Origin: Myxococcota bacterium
GTDB lineage: Bacteria; Myxococcota; UBA4151
Length of the DNA stretch: 39,120 nt
Assembly: GCA_040260805.1 (NCBI GenBank)
Contig: JBDQPD010000023.1
Coordinates: 1 to 39,120 of the forward strand
Direction: 5' to 3'
The notes below the pieces were generated by a model. That model saw nothing but the letters and a program-made list of their open reading frames with translations. It was not told where the DNA came from and ran no database searches. Below are positions 18,645 through 25,988 of the stretch, piece after piece (positions within the stretch are counted from its first letter, which is position 1; each line of letters begins with the position of its first letter). The position numbers were made by a program, and so were the translations under genes.

Positions 18645-19535
18645 GTGACTGTAGTTTGGCGAGAAAAACGATTCAAAGGAGCCGATGGTTCGGATCTTTA
18701 TTACCGGATCGCTGGTGAGCAGCACCCGCGCTGGGCCGTCCTCTGCGATGGCATCGGCTGTGACGGCTACATGTGGCGCTACATCATCCCCCAGCTGATC
18801 GAGAACCAATACAGAGTGCTTCACTGGCATTATCCAGGACACGGATACTCAGGAGCCGCTCCGGATTTGTCCAAGATCGGGATCGAAGACTTCGCAGGGC
18901 ATCTCAGGCTGCTGTGCGAGCAGTTGGGTGTTTCACAGCCTCTGCTCATCGGTCATTCGATGGGCGTTCAAGTCAGTCTTCAGGCGGTGCGCGACGGCCT
19001 TGAGGTCGAAGCTTTGGGGCTGATTTTCGGAGCCGCTGGGCGGATCCTTGATCAGTATGGTGGCAACGATCGACTTGGGCGCTACCTGCCCATGATCCGG
19101 TCAGCGATCGCTGCGCAGCGCGACATCGTCCGTTTAGCGTGGAAAAACCTTGTGCCCACAAGGCTAGGACTTGCGGTCGGTCTATTGACGGAGCTCAACG
19201 CCATGCGCATTCGCCCTGCGGACTTCATGCCCTACCTCGAGCGCCTCTCAGATATGGACCCCGAGGTCTTCTTCGCCGTGCTCGCTCGAGCAGCAGAGCA
19301 TGACGCTCGCCCCTGGCTCTCGGAAATTGATGTGCCCGCCATGATTCTTGCTGGTGATTCAGATTCCTTCACGCCGCCTAAACTCAGCCATGCGATGCAC
19401 GCAGCGCTTCCGGACAGTCGACTCCACATTATCAAAGATGCTAGCCACGCAGGTCCGCTTGAGTTCCCAGAAGAGATGAATCTTTTACTCCAAAACTATC
19501 TCGATGAACTGGCCGAGCGCCGGGAAAATAAATAA
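18645..19535 (+). CDS. Alpha/beta fold hydrolase
   Basis: Oxyanion region CDGIGC, WHYPGHGYS, nucleophile GHSMG, acid GDSDSFTP and catalytic His ASHAGPLE. GGAG RBS before the GTG. Confidence 0.9.
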   Translation: MTVVWREKRFKGADGSDLYYRIAGEQHPRWAVLCDGIGCDGYMWRYIIPQLIENQYRVLHWHYPGHGYSGAAPDLSKIGIEDFAGHLRLLCEQLGVSQPLLIGHSMGVQVSLQAVRDGLEVEALGLIFGAAGRILDQYGGNDRLGRYLPMIRSAIAAQRDIVRLAWKNLVPTRLGLAVGLLTELNAMRIRPADFMPYLERLSDMDPEVFFAVLARAAEHDARPWLSEIDVPAMILAGDSDSFTPPKLSHAMHAALPDSRLHIIKDASHAGPLEFPEEMNLLLQNYLDELAERRENK

Positions 19536-19548
19536 AATCCCCGAATAG

Positions 19549-19563
19549 CCGCCTGATAGGCGG
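19549..19563 (+). terminator. GC hairpin after hydrolase gene; possible weak terminator
   Basis: CCGCCT-gat-AGGCGG, 13 nt after the stop. There is no U-tract. Confidence 0.35.
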
Positions 19564-19571
19564 TCTGCGCA

Positions 19572-19600
19572 TTGACCAAAGTCGAGCGACTTCCTAACGT
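19572..19600 (+). promoter_or_regulatory. Sigma70-type promoter for the NTT-HEAT gene, with an inverted repeat in the spacer
   Basis: TTGACC (19572-77), 17 bp, TAACGT (19595-600). The spacer contains AAGTCG-ag-CGACTT (19579-92). GAGGT RBS at 19616-20 precedes TTG 19626. Confidence 0.6.
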
Positions 19601-19625
19601 CATTCGTCTGAAGGTGAGGTAGCTG

Positions 19626-22547
19626 TTGGCCTGGCTCAATCGCGCCCTACATATCCGCTCGGGTGAAGGCCTGCGCGCTTACTTGATGTTCTTCTACTCA
19701 CTCAATGTGGTGGGTGCGTTCATCTGTGGTCGCATTGTCCGAGATGCGCTCTTTCTCTCCAAATCGGATCTCTCGATCCTGCCGTGGCTCTACGTCTCTG
19801 TTTTTGCTGCGGTTGCCTTCCCCAGTATCATCTACGCCCGCTTCTCCGAGCGGTTCCGACGCGACAAACTCATCGTCGGGCTGACGGCTTTCTTTATCGT
19901 GACGATGGTGCTGAGTTGGCTGTTTATCAGCTCGATCAACAGCGGCGGGGAAGTCCGCAACCACTGGTTCTTCGCCTTCTTCTACGTCTGGATCGAGGTG
20001 ATGGGCGCCTTCATTATGATCCAATTCTTCACCTTCGCCGGTGATATCTTCACGAGTCGAGAGGCTAAGCGCCTGCTGCCCTTTATCTTGGGCGGCGGTA
20101 CGATGGCGAACATCATCTTCGGCTTTGGTAGCCGCGCACTGGTCAAGTATTTCGAGCTGCCCACGCAAGACCTCATCCTTGCGGTCGCCGCCTGTTTGAT
20201 GATCTGCATCGGGGCGGTGGTCTTGCTCGGTCGATCGGAACGAGAGGCGCTGAGTCGAGCCTTTACCGGAAGACGCAGTAAATCGGTCAAGGCGACGGCA
20301 GATGTTCCAGCGGCTCCTAATGAAGGCGGCTTGGCGGGAATGCTCGCTCGATCGCTCCCGACGAAGCATGTTCGATTCATCGCCCTGATCGTCATGATCA
20401 CCTTCCTGACCACGCAGTTCATTGACTTTACGTTCAAGGCGCTCGCGCAACAGGAATTCCAGGGGAGCTCGGACGAGCTCGGTGGCTTCTTTGGGAACTT
20501 CTACGGCTATGTAGGTATTATCTCGGTGCTGTTTCAGTTTTTGATCACCCGGCGCCTCTTGGAGCACTTTGGCGTGCTGGTCGCCCTGCTGATTCTGCCA
20601 ATGGCGCTGCTGCTGGGTTCCTCAGCCTTAGCGGTCGTTGGTGTGCTCGGCGTCGGGGTCACGGTCTTGTTCATCGTTGCGAGCATCGCTCAAGGCGCAA
20701 GCATGGGTCTGCGCTACACCGTGTACGACTCCACCATGCAGCTGATGTACACACCGATCGCCTCGGCGGTGCGCTCGCGAGCCAAAGCCTTCATCGACGG
20801 CATTCTCAAGCCTCTAGCGATCGGCGCTGCAGGTCTGATGCTGCTTTTGCTCACCAACCTCATGGGTCTGAAAGATCAGCACGTCAGCCACATCGGCTGG
20901 GGTACCTTGATCTTCGCTGCCCTCTGGGTGGTCCTCCTCGTCGGTGTGCGCAAAGAGTATGTGCGCACGCTGATGTCGACCCTAGCGAGACGCTCACTCG
21001 ATTTTGCCTCGGGCGAGCCCAATATGGACAACCCTGAGACCATTCGCACGCTCAGAAAAGAGCTCGCAGCGAACGAGCCCAGGCGCATCCTCAATGGACT
21101 TGAGATTGCCGTAAAGGTTCGCAGTCCAGGGCTCGATGAGTTGCTGGCTAAACTCGTGGCTCATGAGGTCCCCGAAATTAGGCGCGGCGCGTTGATCGCC
21201 TTGGGTCGACGAGGGGCCTGGCAACACCTCGCTGCGGTGCACGGCCGACTTGCGGATGACGAGCCCGAAGTTCGAGCGGCAGCGACCACCTCATTTTGCG
21301 CGATTGCGCGTGAGAAAGCCATTGATTCAACAGCGGGATTGCTCACCGACGTGGACGCACACGTCCGCGAGGCTGCGATCGCAGGGTTGATCCAACACGG
21401 CGGGCTCGATGGAATTCTCAAGGCGGCTGAGCCCCTTAAGCGATTGCTCGAGAGCGAAGACGCCGAAGACCGCGTCAGCGCCGCGCAAGTGCTCGAAGCC
21501 ATCAAAGTCGCGAGCTTCTATCAACCCGTCCTGCGGCTGATCAATGATGACGACCCCAAGGTCGCCAGCGCAGCGCTCGAAGCAGCAGGCGCCATGGCGA
21601 CGCCGGAGCTTATCCCTTCGGTCATCTACGCGCTTGATCGTCGCGGCTTATCGGCCGCCGCGGCGCGAGCCCTCGTGCGCATGGGGGACGCTGTCGTTCC
21701 CCTCTTGGGTAAGGTGATCGGTAACTCGCGCGAGAGCGCTCAAGTGCGAGCTCAAATCCCGCGAATCCTGAGCGGGATCGGCACTGAAGAAGCGATCAAG
21801 GTCTTGCTCGCGCAGCTCGACCGCGAAGAAGGCGTTCAGCGCTATCGTATCGCTACAGCCCTTGGACGCCTGCGCACCGTTAATCCTCGCTTGGTGCCCA
21901 ACAAAGCCAACGTCATCAAACACCTCGAAGACGAACTTCATGGCGCATACCGAAGCCTGAGCATTCAAGCAGATCTGCAATCAGAGCCTGATTTGGCGCC
22001 GATGATCGCTGCGCTTGATGATCGGCTCATGTACCAAAAGCGACGCATCTTTAAGCTCCTGGCGCTGATCCATGACCCAGGAACAATTCAGACCATCTCA
22101 AGAAATTTAGAGTCGCCTGACGCCACCGTTCGGGACAACGCCGTGGAAGTGATCGATGATCTCGCAGACACAGCCATTCGTCGAACATTGGTCAATTTGA
22201 TGGACCGTAGCGACGCAGCCCACAAGCTGACTGTAGTGGAAAAAGAGATTCATTTTGCTCGGCGCAGCAGCGGCGAACGTCTGGTCGAGTTGTTAGAAGA
22301 TGAAGAGCCCTTCGTCGTCGCTTGTGCGCTCCACCTGATGGGTCTTCGGAAGAGCAACAATGATCAAGCGATTGTCGAGCCTATGCTCGATCATCGAAGC
22401 CCCTTGGTGCGAGAAGCTGCGGCACAAGCGCTCCATCGTGGTCACGGCGATTCAGCGCTTGAGTCGATCCGTCGCTTGGTTAATGATCCATCTGATGAGG
22501 TTCGTCGTTTTGTCGCCTCAATCATCCCTGAGGCTGCCTCATGCTAA
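19626..22547 (+). CDS. Npt1/Npt2 (NTT/TLC ATP-ADP translocase-like, MFS fold) transporter fused to HEAT repeats
   Basis: About 12 TM N-terminal segments with RDALFL, FYVWIEV, FTSREAKRLLPFILGGG and RSRAKAFIDG. The C-terminal ~500 aa carry HEAT-like repeats (DDEPEVRAAA, DVDAHVREAA, HRSPLVREAA, DPSDEVRR). Confidence 0.85.
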   Translation: MAWLNRALHIRSGEGLRAYLMFFYSLNVVGAFICGRIVRDALFLSKSDLSILPWLYVSVFAAVAFPSIIYARFSERFRRDKLIVGLTAFFIVTMVLSWLFISSINSGGEVRNHWFFAFFYVWIEVMGAFIMIQFFTFAGDIFTSREAKRLLPFILGGGTMANIIFGFGSRALVKYFELPTQDLILAVAACLMICIGAVVLLGRSEREALSRAFTGRRSKSVKATADVPAAPNEGGLAGMLARSLPTKHVRFIALIVMITFLTTQFIDFTFKALAQQEFQGSSDELGGFFGNFYGYVGIISVLFQFLITRRLLEHFGVLVALLILPMALLLGSSALAVVGVLGVGVTVLFIVASIAQGASMGLRYTVYDSTMQLMYTPIASAVRSRAKAFIDGILKPLAIGAAGLMLLLLTNLMGLKDQHVSHIGWGTLIFAALWVVLLVGVRKEYVRTLMSTLARRSLDFASGEPNMDNPETIRTLRKELAANEPRRILNGLEIAVKVRSPGLDELLAKLVAHEVPEIRRGALIALGRRGAWQHLAAVHGRLADDEPEVRAAATTSFCAIAREKAIDSTAGLLTDVDAHVREAAIAGLIQHGGLDGILKAAEPLKRLLESEDAEDRVSAAQVLEAIKVASFYQPVLRLINDDDPKVASAALEAAGAMATPELIPSVIYALDRRGLSAAAARALVRMGDAVVPLLGKVIGNSRESAQVRAQIPRILSGIGTEEAIKVLLAQLDREEGVQRYRIATALGRLRTVNPRLVPNKANVIKHLEDELHGAYRSLSIQADLQSEPDLAPMIAALDDRLMYQKRRIFKLLALIHDPGTIQTISRNLESPDATVRDNAVEVIDDLADTAIRRTLVNLMDRSDAAHKLTVVEKEIHFARRSSGERLVELLEDEEPFVVACALHLMGLRKSNNDQAIVEPMLDHRSPLVREAAAQALHRGHGDSALESIRRLVNDPSDEVRRFVASIIPEAASC

Positions 22548-22966
22548 GTACCGTCGAGCGGGTTTTGTTTCTCAAGAGCGTTGATCTGTTCTCAGCAATT
22601 CCTGGAAATGATCTGGCTCGCATCGCTGCGGTGACCGAAGAGCTGCATCTTGAAGAGGGTGAGCAGTTTATTCGCCAAGGTGAGCATGGCGACGCCCTGT
22701 TCTTGATCATCGAAGGCAGCGCTCGAATTCATGTCCGCGGCGTGGGTGACGTTGCGTCACTGGGCGAGCGGCAGCTCGTCGGTGAGATGAGCATCCTCGA
22801 CGCCGAGCCGCGCAACGCCGACTGCTTTGCGTCGGGGCAGGTCACGCTCCTGAAGCTCCGTAAAGCCGAGTTCGACGACATCATGGCAGAGAAACCAGAG
22901 ATCGCTCGCGGCATTATCAAGGTCCTGACCGATCGACTTCGTTCTGCGGTGGCATCCAAAGACTAG
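22541..22966 (+). CDS. Stand-alone cyclic nucleotide-binding domain protein
   Basis: Motifs FLKSVDLFS, IRQGEHGDALFLIIEG and phosphate-binding cassette GEMSILDAEPRNAD. No HTH. Own GAGG RBS and a 7-nt overlap with the upstream gene. Confidence 0.9.
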   Translation: MLSTVERVLFLKSVDLFSAIPGNDLARIAAVTEELHLEEGEQFIRQGEHGDALFLIIEGSARIHVRGVGDVASLGERQLVGEMSILDAEPRNADCFASGQVTLLKLRKAEFDDIMAEKPEIARGIIKVLTDRLRSAVASKD

Positions 22967-22994
22967 GCGAGTCATCGCCCACCCTAAAACAGAT

Positions 22995-23017
22995 AAAGGC
23001 GCCTGGCGGCGCCTTTT
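22995..23017. terminator. Bidirectional rho-independent terminator
   Basis: AAAGGCGCC-tggc-GGCGCCTTTT between convergent genes, with T-runs on both strands. Confidence 0.8.
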
Positions 23018-23044
23018 CTCGTGATCATCAGGCGGGTGACGAGG

Positions 23045-23296
23045 CTAGTCTTCGTCGAGCTGCTTCATACGATTGACGATCTTACCTCGGGTCGTTTCCT
23101 TCATGCCGTAGCTGGCAAACACCTGCGCCTGAATCCGCTCAAGCTCTGCAAGGGTATCGGGAGCCAAACCTTCTGCAGGTCCTACCGCAACCTCATCACC
23201 AACGGTCGCCCCTCGTCGCATGCGCAGCACCTTTTCTGCAGCGGTATCGACAGTCGTTGTCGTAGTGGTTGTCTTTTGATCAGAACGCTTGGTCAT
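23045..23296 (-). CDS. Small hypothetical protein (83 aa) with a sigma70 region-4.1-like EKVLRMRxG motif
   Basis: GGAGA RBS upstream of the ATG, an own promoter candidate and a downstream terminator. It fills an otherwise empty gap. Confidence 0.75.
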   Translation of the reverse strand: MTKRSDQKTTTTTTTVDTAAEKVLRMRRGATVGDEVAVGPAEGLAPDTLAELERIQAQVFASYGMKETTRGKIVNRMKQLDED

Positions 23297-23319
23297 TGTC
23301 TTCTCCGTAACGCTTGATG

Positions 23320-23348
23320 AACCTACGAAGGGCCCCCAAACGGGTCAA
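23320..23348 (-). promoter_or_regulatory. Sigma70-type promoter for the 83-aa gene
   Basis: Minus strand TTGACC (23348-43), 17 bp, TAGGTT (23325-20), 23 nt before the ATG. The upstream flank is AT-rich. Confidence 0.55.
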
Positions 23349-23482
23349 AATAATGAGCCTTGAAAACTCTACTTTCACGGCTTCGACTGGCCATGGGCCA
23401 TGCATTGACTAACGTCTTCTCTGCTTATTTAATTTAGGCCAACCACAAGATAGTTTGGCTGAGGATCACTTTATAGTGGCCC

Positions 23483-24238
23483 CTATTGAGCGCACCGAAA
23501 CCCCACGGTATCCCAACGAGAGCCAGGGTCGCGCCGATCACGCGTGCTGCCTCGTGCCGAATAAAGGACGTCGCGATAAGAACCCCCTCGAGTCACACGA
23601 GAGCGGCCCTGCCGTGGCCTGGGGGCGTCGTCGGCCACCATGCGTTGATAGACCGTCGGATCATAAAAGTCGGCGACCCACTCGGCCGCGTTACCGGCCA
23701 AGTTCATCACGCCCTCCCCGCTCACTCCACCGATCATCCCATCGACCGGAGCGGTGGCGGCGAACCCGTCTTGAGCGCTTCGAAGGTTGGCTCGAAAGAA
23801 CTCCTCCTTAGAGCCCCAAGGATAAACGCGTCCGTCGTCAGAGCGAGCCGCTCGTTCCCATTCTGCTTCGCTGGGCAAACGCTTACCGACCCATTTGCAG
23901 TACCGAGCGGCATCGTACCAAGACACGCCGACTACGGGCTGTCTCGGGTCACTCAACTCGGTGCGATCAGCGAACAAGCGCGCCCGACACAAGCCGGTGT
24001 CAACGCAACGATCATAAGCTGCGTTGGCGACCTCATAGCGATCGATGGCAAAGCCAGGGAGCCTGACCGTTCGCTCGGGTGCCTCATCCGGCTCACCCTC
24101 GGCAGAGCCCATCGTAAAGGTTCCCGCAGGGATTGAGATCGTTTGACCGCCAAAGACCGCAGGGTCGTCTTGAGCCAGAGGTACTTGAGCGCACCCAACC
24201 AGCAACAGTGAGATCCCAGCAAGCGCTTGCGCCATCAA
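23483..24238 (-). CDS. FGE-sulfatase (SUMF1/EgtB/PvdO-like) domain lipoprotein
   Basis: Lipobox LLVGC; motifs IPAGTFTMGS, PVVGVSWYDA, RLPSEAEWERAAR, YPWG, NLAGNAAEWV, RGGSY and GFRCA. Confidence 0.9.
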   Translation of the reverse strand: MMAQALAGISLLLVGCAQVPLAQDDPAVFGGQTISIPAGTFTMGSAEGEPDEAPERTVRLPGFAIDRYEVANAAYDRCVDTGLCRARLFADRTELSDPRQPVVGVSWYDAARYCKWVGKRLPSEAEWERAARSDDGRVYPWGSKEEFFRANLRSAQDGFAATAPVDGMIGGVSGEGVMNLAGNAAEWVADFYDPTVYQRMVADDAPRPRQGRSRVTRGGSYRDVLYSARGSTRDRRDPGSRWDTVGFRCAQ

Positions 24239-24240
24239 AG

Positions 24241-24990
24241 CTACTCCTCGCGCACCGGAGTGGACGAGCGGCGCTTATACTTCTTCACCAGTGGGATTCG
24301 GAAGTTCAAGGACACGGCTGGGCTGAAGATGGCGGCGGTAGGCGCCGTGCGACCTGCGCACCGCTCAACAGGATCACTAAAGAGCATATTCGAAGGGTCG
24401 CCTTGTCGGTCAAAGCAAAAGCCACGACCCTCTTCATAGTTGCTGTACACATGTGGATCGTAAGTGGGCAGACGCCACGGCAACTCTAAGGCCACCGTAA
24501 ACAGATCCGTGACATAGTATTCAGCGACTAAATCAAACTGGTTATACGAGCCCTCAAAGGCGCGCCCCCAGCCACCATCAGCTTGTTGTCCTAACAGGTG
24601 CCAACCGGTTGAGTAGCCGAAGCTAATGTCCCACTCACGATCTTTGAGCATCGGCTGATAGTGTTGAGCGATCTGCACTGGGTGTAGCCGCAAGCCACCG
24701 CCAACAAAGCCTAATCCGCCGCGCTCTTCTTTGAACAAGTCCCAGCCTTGAGCGTCGACGTTAAACTCAATCCCAACGTAGCCCTTAATATTGACGCCCA
24801 AACGCAAGCCAGTTCGGAACCCACCGGGAACTTCGATCTCCGTTGGAGGCGACTGAATGATGCGAACATCATCCGAGGAGACTTGGTTGATCCCGACTGG
24901 AAAGGCGATCTGAAAGTTTGAGTCCATCGCCGCTGCCGGCGAGGCCAGACCCAAAACAACGAGGGCAACACATCGAGTTAATGTAAGCAC
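24241..24990 (-). CDS. Exported hypothetical protein, probable outer-membrane beta-barrel
   Basis: Signal peptide ending LASPAAA. Alternating amphipathic Gly/aromatic strands include GFRTGLRLGVNI, YVGIEFNVDA, WDISFGYSTGW and FDLVAEYYV. Confidence 0.55.
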   Translation of the reverse strand: MLTLTRCVALVVLGLASPAAAMDSNFQIAFPVGINQVSSDDVRIIQSPPTEIEVPGGFRTGLRLGVNIKGYVGIEFNVDAQGWDLFKEERGGLGFVGGGLRLHPVQIAQHYQPMLKDREWDISFGYSTGWHLLGQQADGGWGRAFEGSYNQFDLVAEYYVTDLFTVALELPWRLPTYDPHVYSNYEEGRGFCFDRQGDPSNMLFSDPVERCAGRTAPTAAIFSPAVSLNFRIPLVKKYKRRSSTPVREE

Positions 24991-25865
24991 GCTGGTGACT
25001 CCGAGGCCGAATGACCATGCCTCTTACGCCAGGCCTCGACCAATCCGTCCAGCAGAGAATCAGGTATGTTCATGGAACCGTAGCCGACACCGATCTGAAC
25101 CCCTTTGCGTACATTGGGTCCGTGGAAGTCGCTTCCCCCCGTAATCGCAAGGTTCATTCGCTTGGCGATCTGCACCAATTCTTTGACCGTAGCGGGGTCG
25201 TGACCGGAGTAATGGCACTCGACGCCGTCGAGTCCCTCCAGCGCCCACCGCCCGATGCAATCACCGTATTTGAGCTTGGGCATCTTGTAACGCAGCGTGC
25301 GCGGATGCGCGACCACCGCCACGCCTCCCGCGTCATGAATCCATTTAAAGGCGGCGCGCGGCGGGATACGCTTCTTGGGGAAGTACGCTTTACCCTGCTC
25401 ACCTAGAAACTTATCAAAGGCGCTGCGGACGTCTTTCGCTGCTCCAGCGCTCACCAGAGCCTGCGCAATATGGGGACGCCCGATCACGCCATCGGCTAGC
25501 TTGGCGACTTGCTCGAGCGTGATGTCGATCCCGAGCGCGTTGAGCCGCTCAATGATCAGCGGGTTACGCGCGTCGCGCGCTTGCTGCGCGAGCTCAAGCC
25601 TGCCGCGAAACTCCGGGCACTCATCGTCAACAAAGTAGCCCAGAACATGCAGCGAGGTGCCGCCATAGTCTGTGCTTAGCTCCACACCAGGGATGACGCG
25701 TAAGCTGGTATCTTTGGCTGCACGACGCGCCTCGGCGATGCCGCCGATCGTGTCATGATCGGTGAGCGCAATCGCCGTGAGTTTACGACGAACAGCCTCA
25801 TTGACGACGGCTGTGGGTCGCCACTCTCCATCGCTGGAGGTGGAATGCATATGTAAGTCGATCAC
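24978..25865 (-). CDS. PHP domain metal-dependent phosphoesterase (TrpH/YciV-like)
   Basis: Motifs DLHMHSTSSDG, ALTDHDT, GVELS, HVLGY, GRPHIA, VAHP and TGGSDFHG. Confidence 0.93.
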   Translation of the reverse strand: MIDLHMHSTSSDGEWRPTAVVNEAVRRKLTAIALTDHDTIGGIAEARRAAKDTSLRVIPGVELSTDYGGTSLHVLGYFVDDECPEFRGRLELAQQARDARNPLIIERLNALGIDITLEQVAKLADGVIGRPHIAQALVSAGAAKDVRSAFDKFLGEQGKAYFPKKRIPPRAAFKWIHDAGGVAVVAHPRTLRYKMPKLKYGDCIGRWALEGLDGVECHYSGHDPATVKELVQIAKRMNLAITGGSDFHGPNVRKGVQIGVGYGSMNIPDSLLDGLVEAWRKRHGHSASESPACLH

Positions 25866-25988
25866 AATGGTCTCGTTTCGATCGCCCTCTTATCGGAGGC
25901 AGCCCATTCTGTCGAATGAGCCCTCGACCAAGCGACACGCCACAGCGTCGATCTATTCCCACTAAGGAGCTGCTTATTCAGACTCTAC

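Noticed and set aside
22530..22550. Programmed frameshift fusing NTT-HEAT to the cNMP domain
   Set aside because: There is no slippery heptamer, and the second ORF has its own GAGG RBS and ATG.
23252..23272. Thr7 tract as a phase-variable simple sequence repeat
   Set aside because: It is encoded by mixed ACN codons, so it is not a slippage-prone perfect repeat.
23483..24238. FGE-fold protein as a diversity-generating retroelement target
   Set aside because: No reverse transcriptase and no template-repeat copy of its 3' end are visible in the window.
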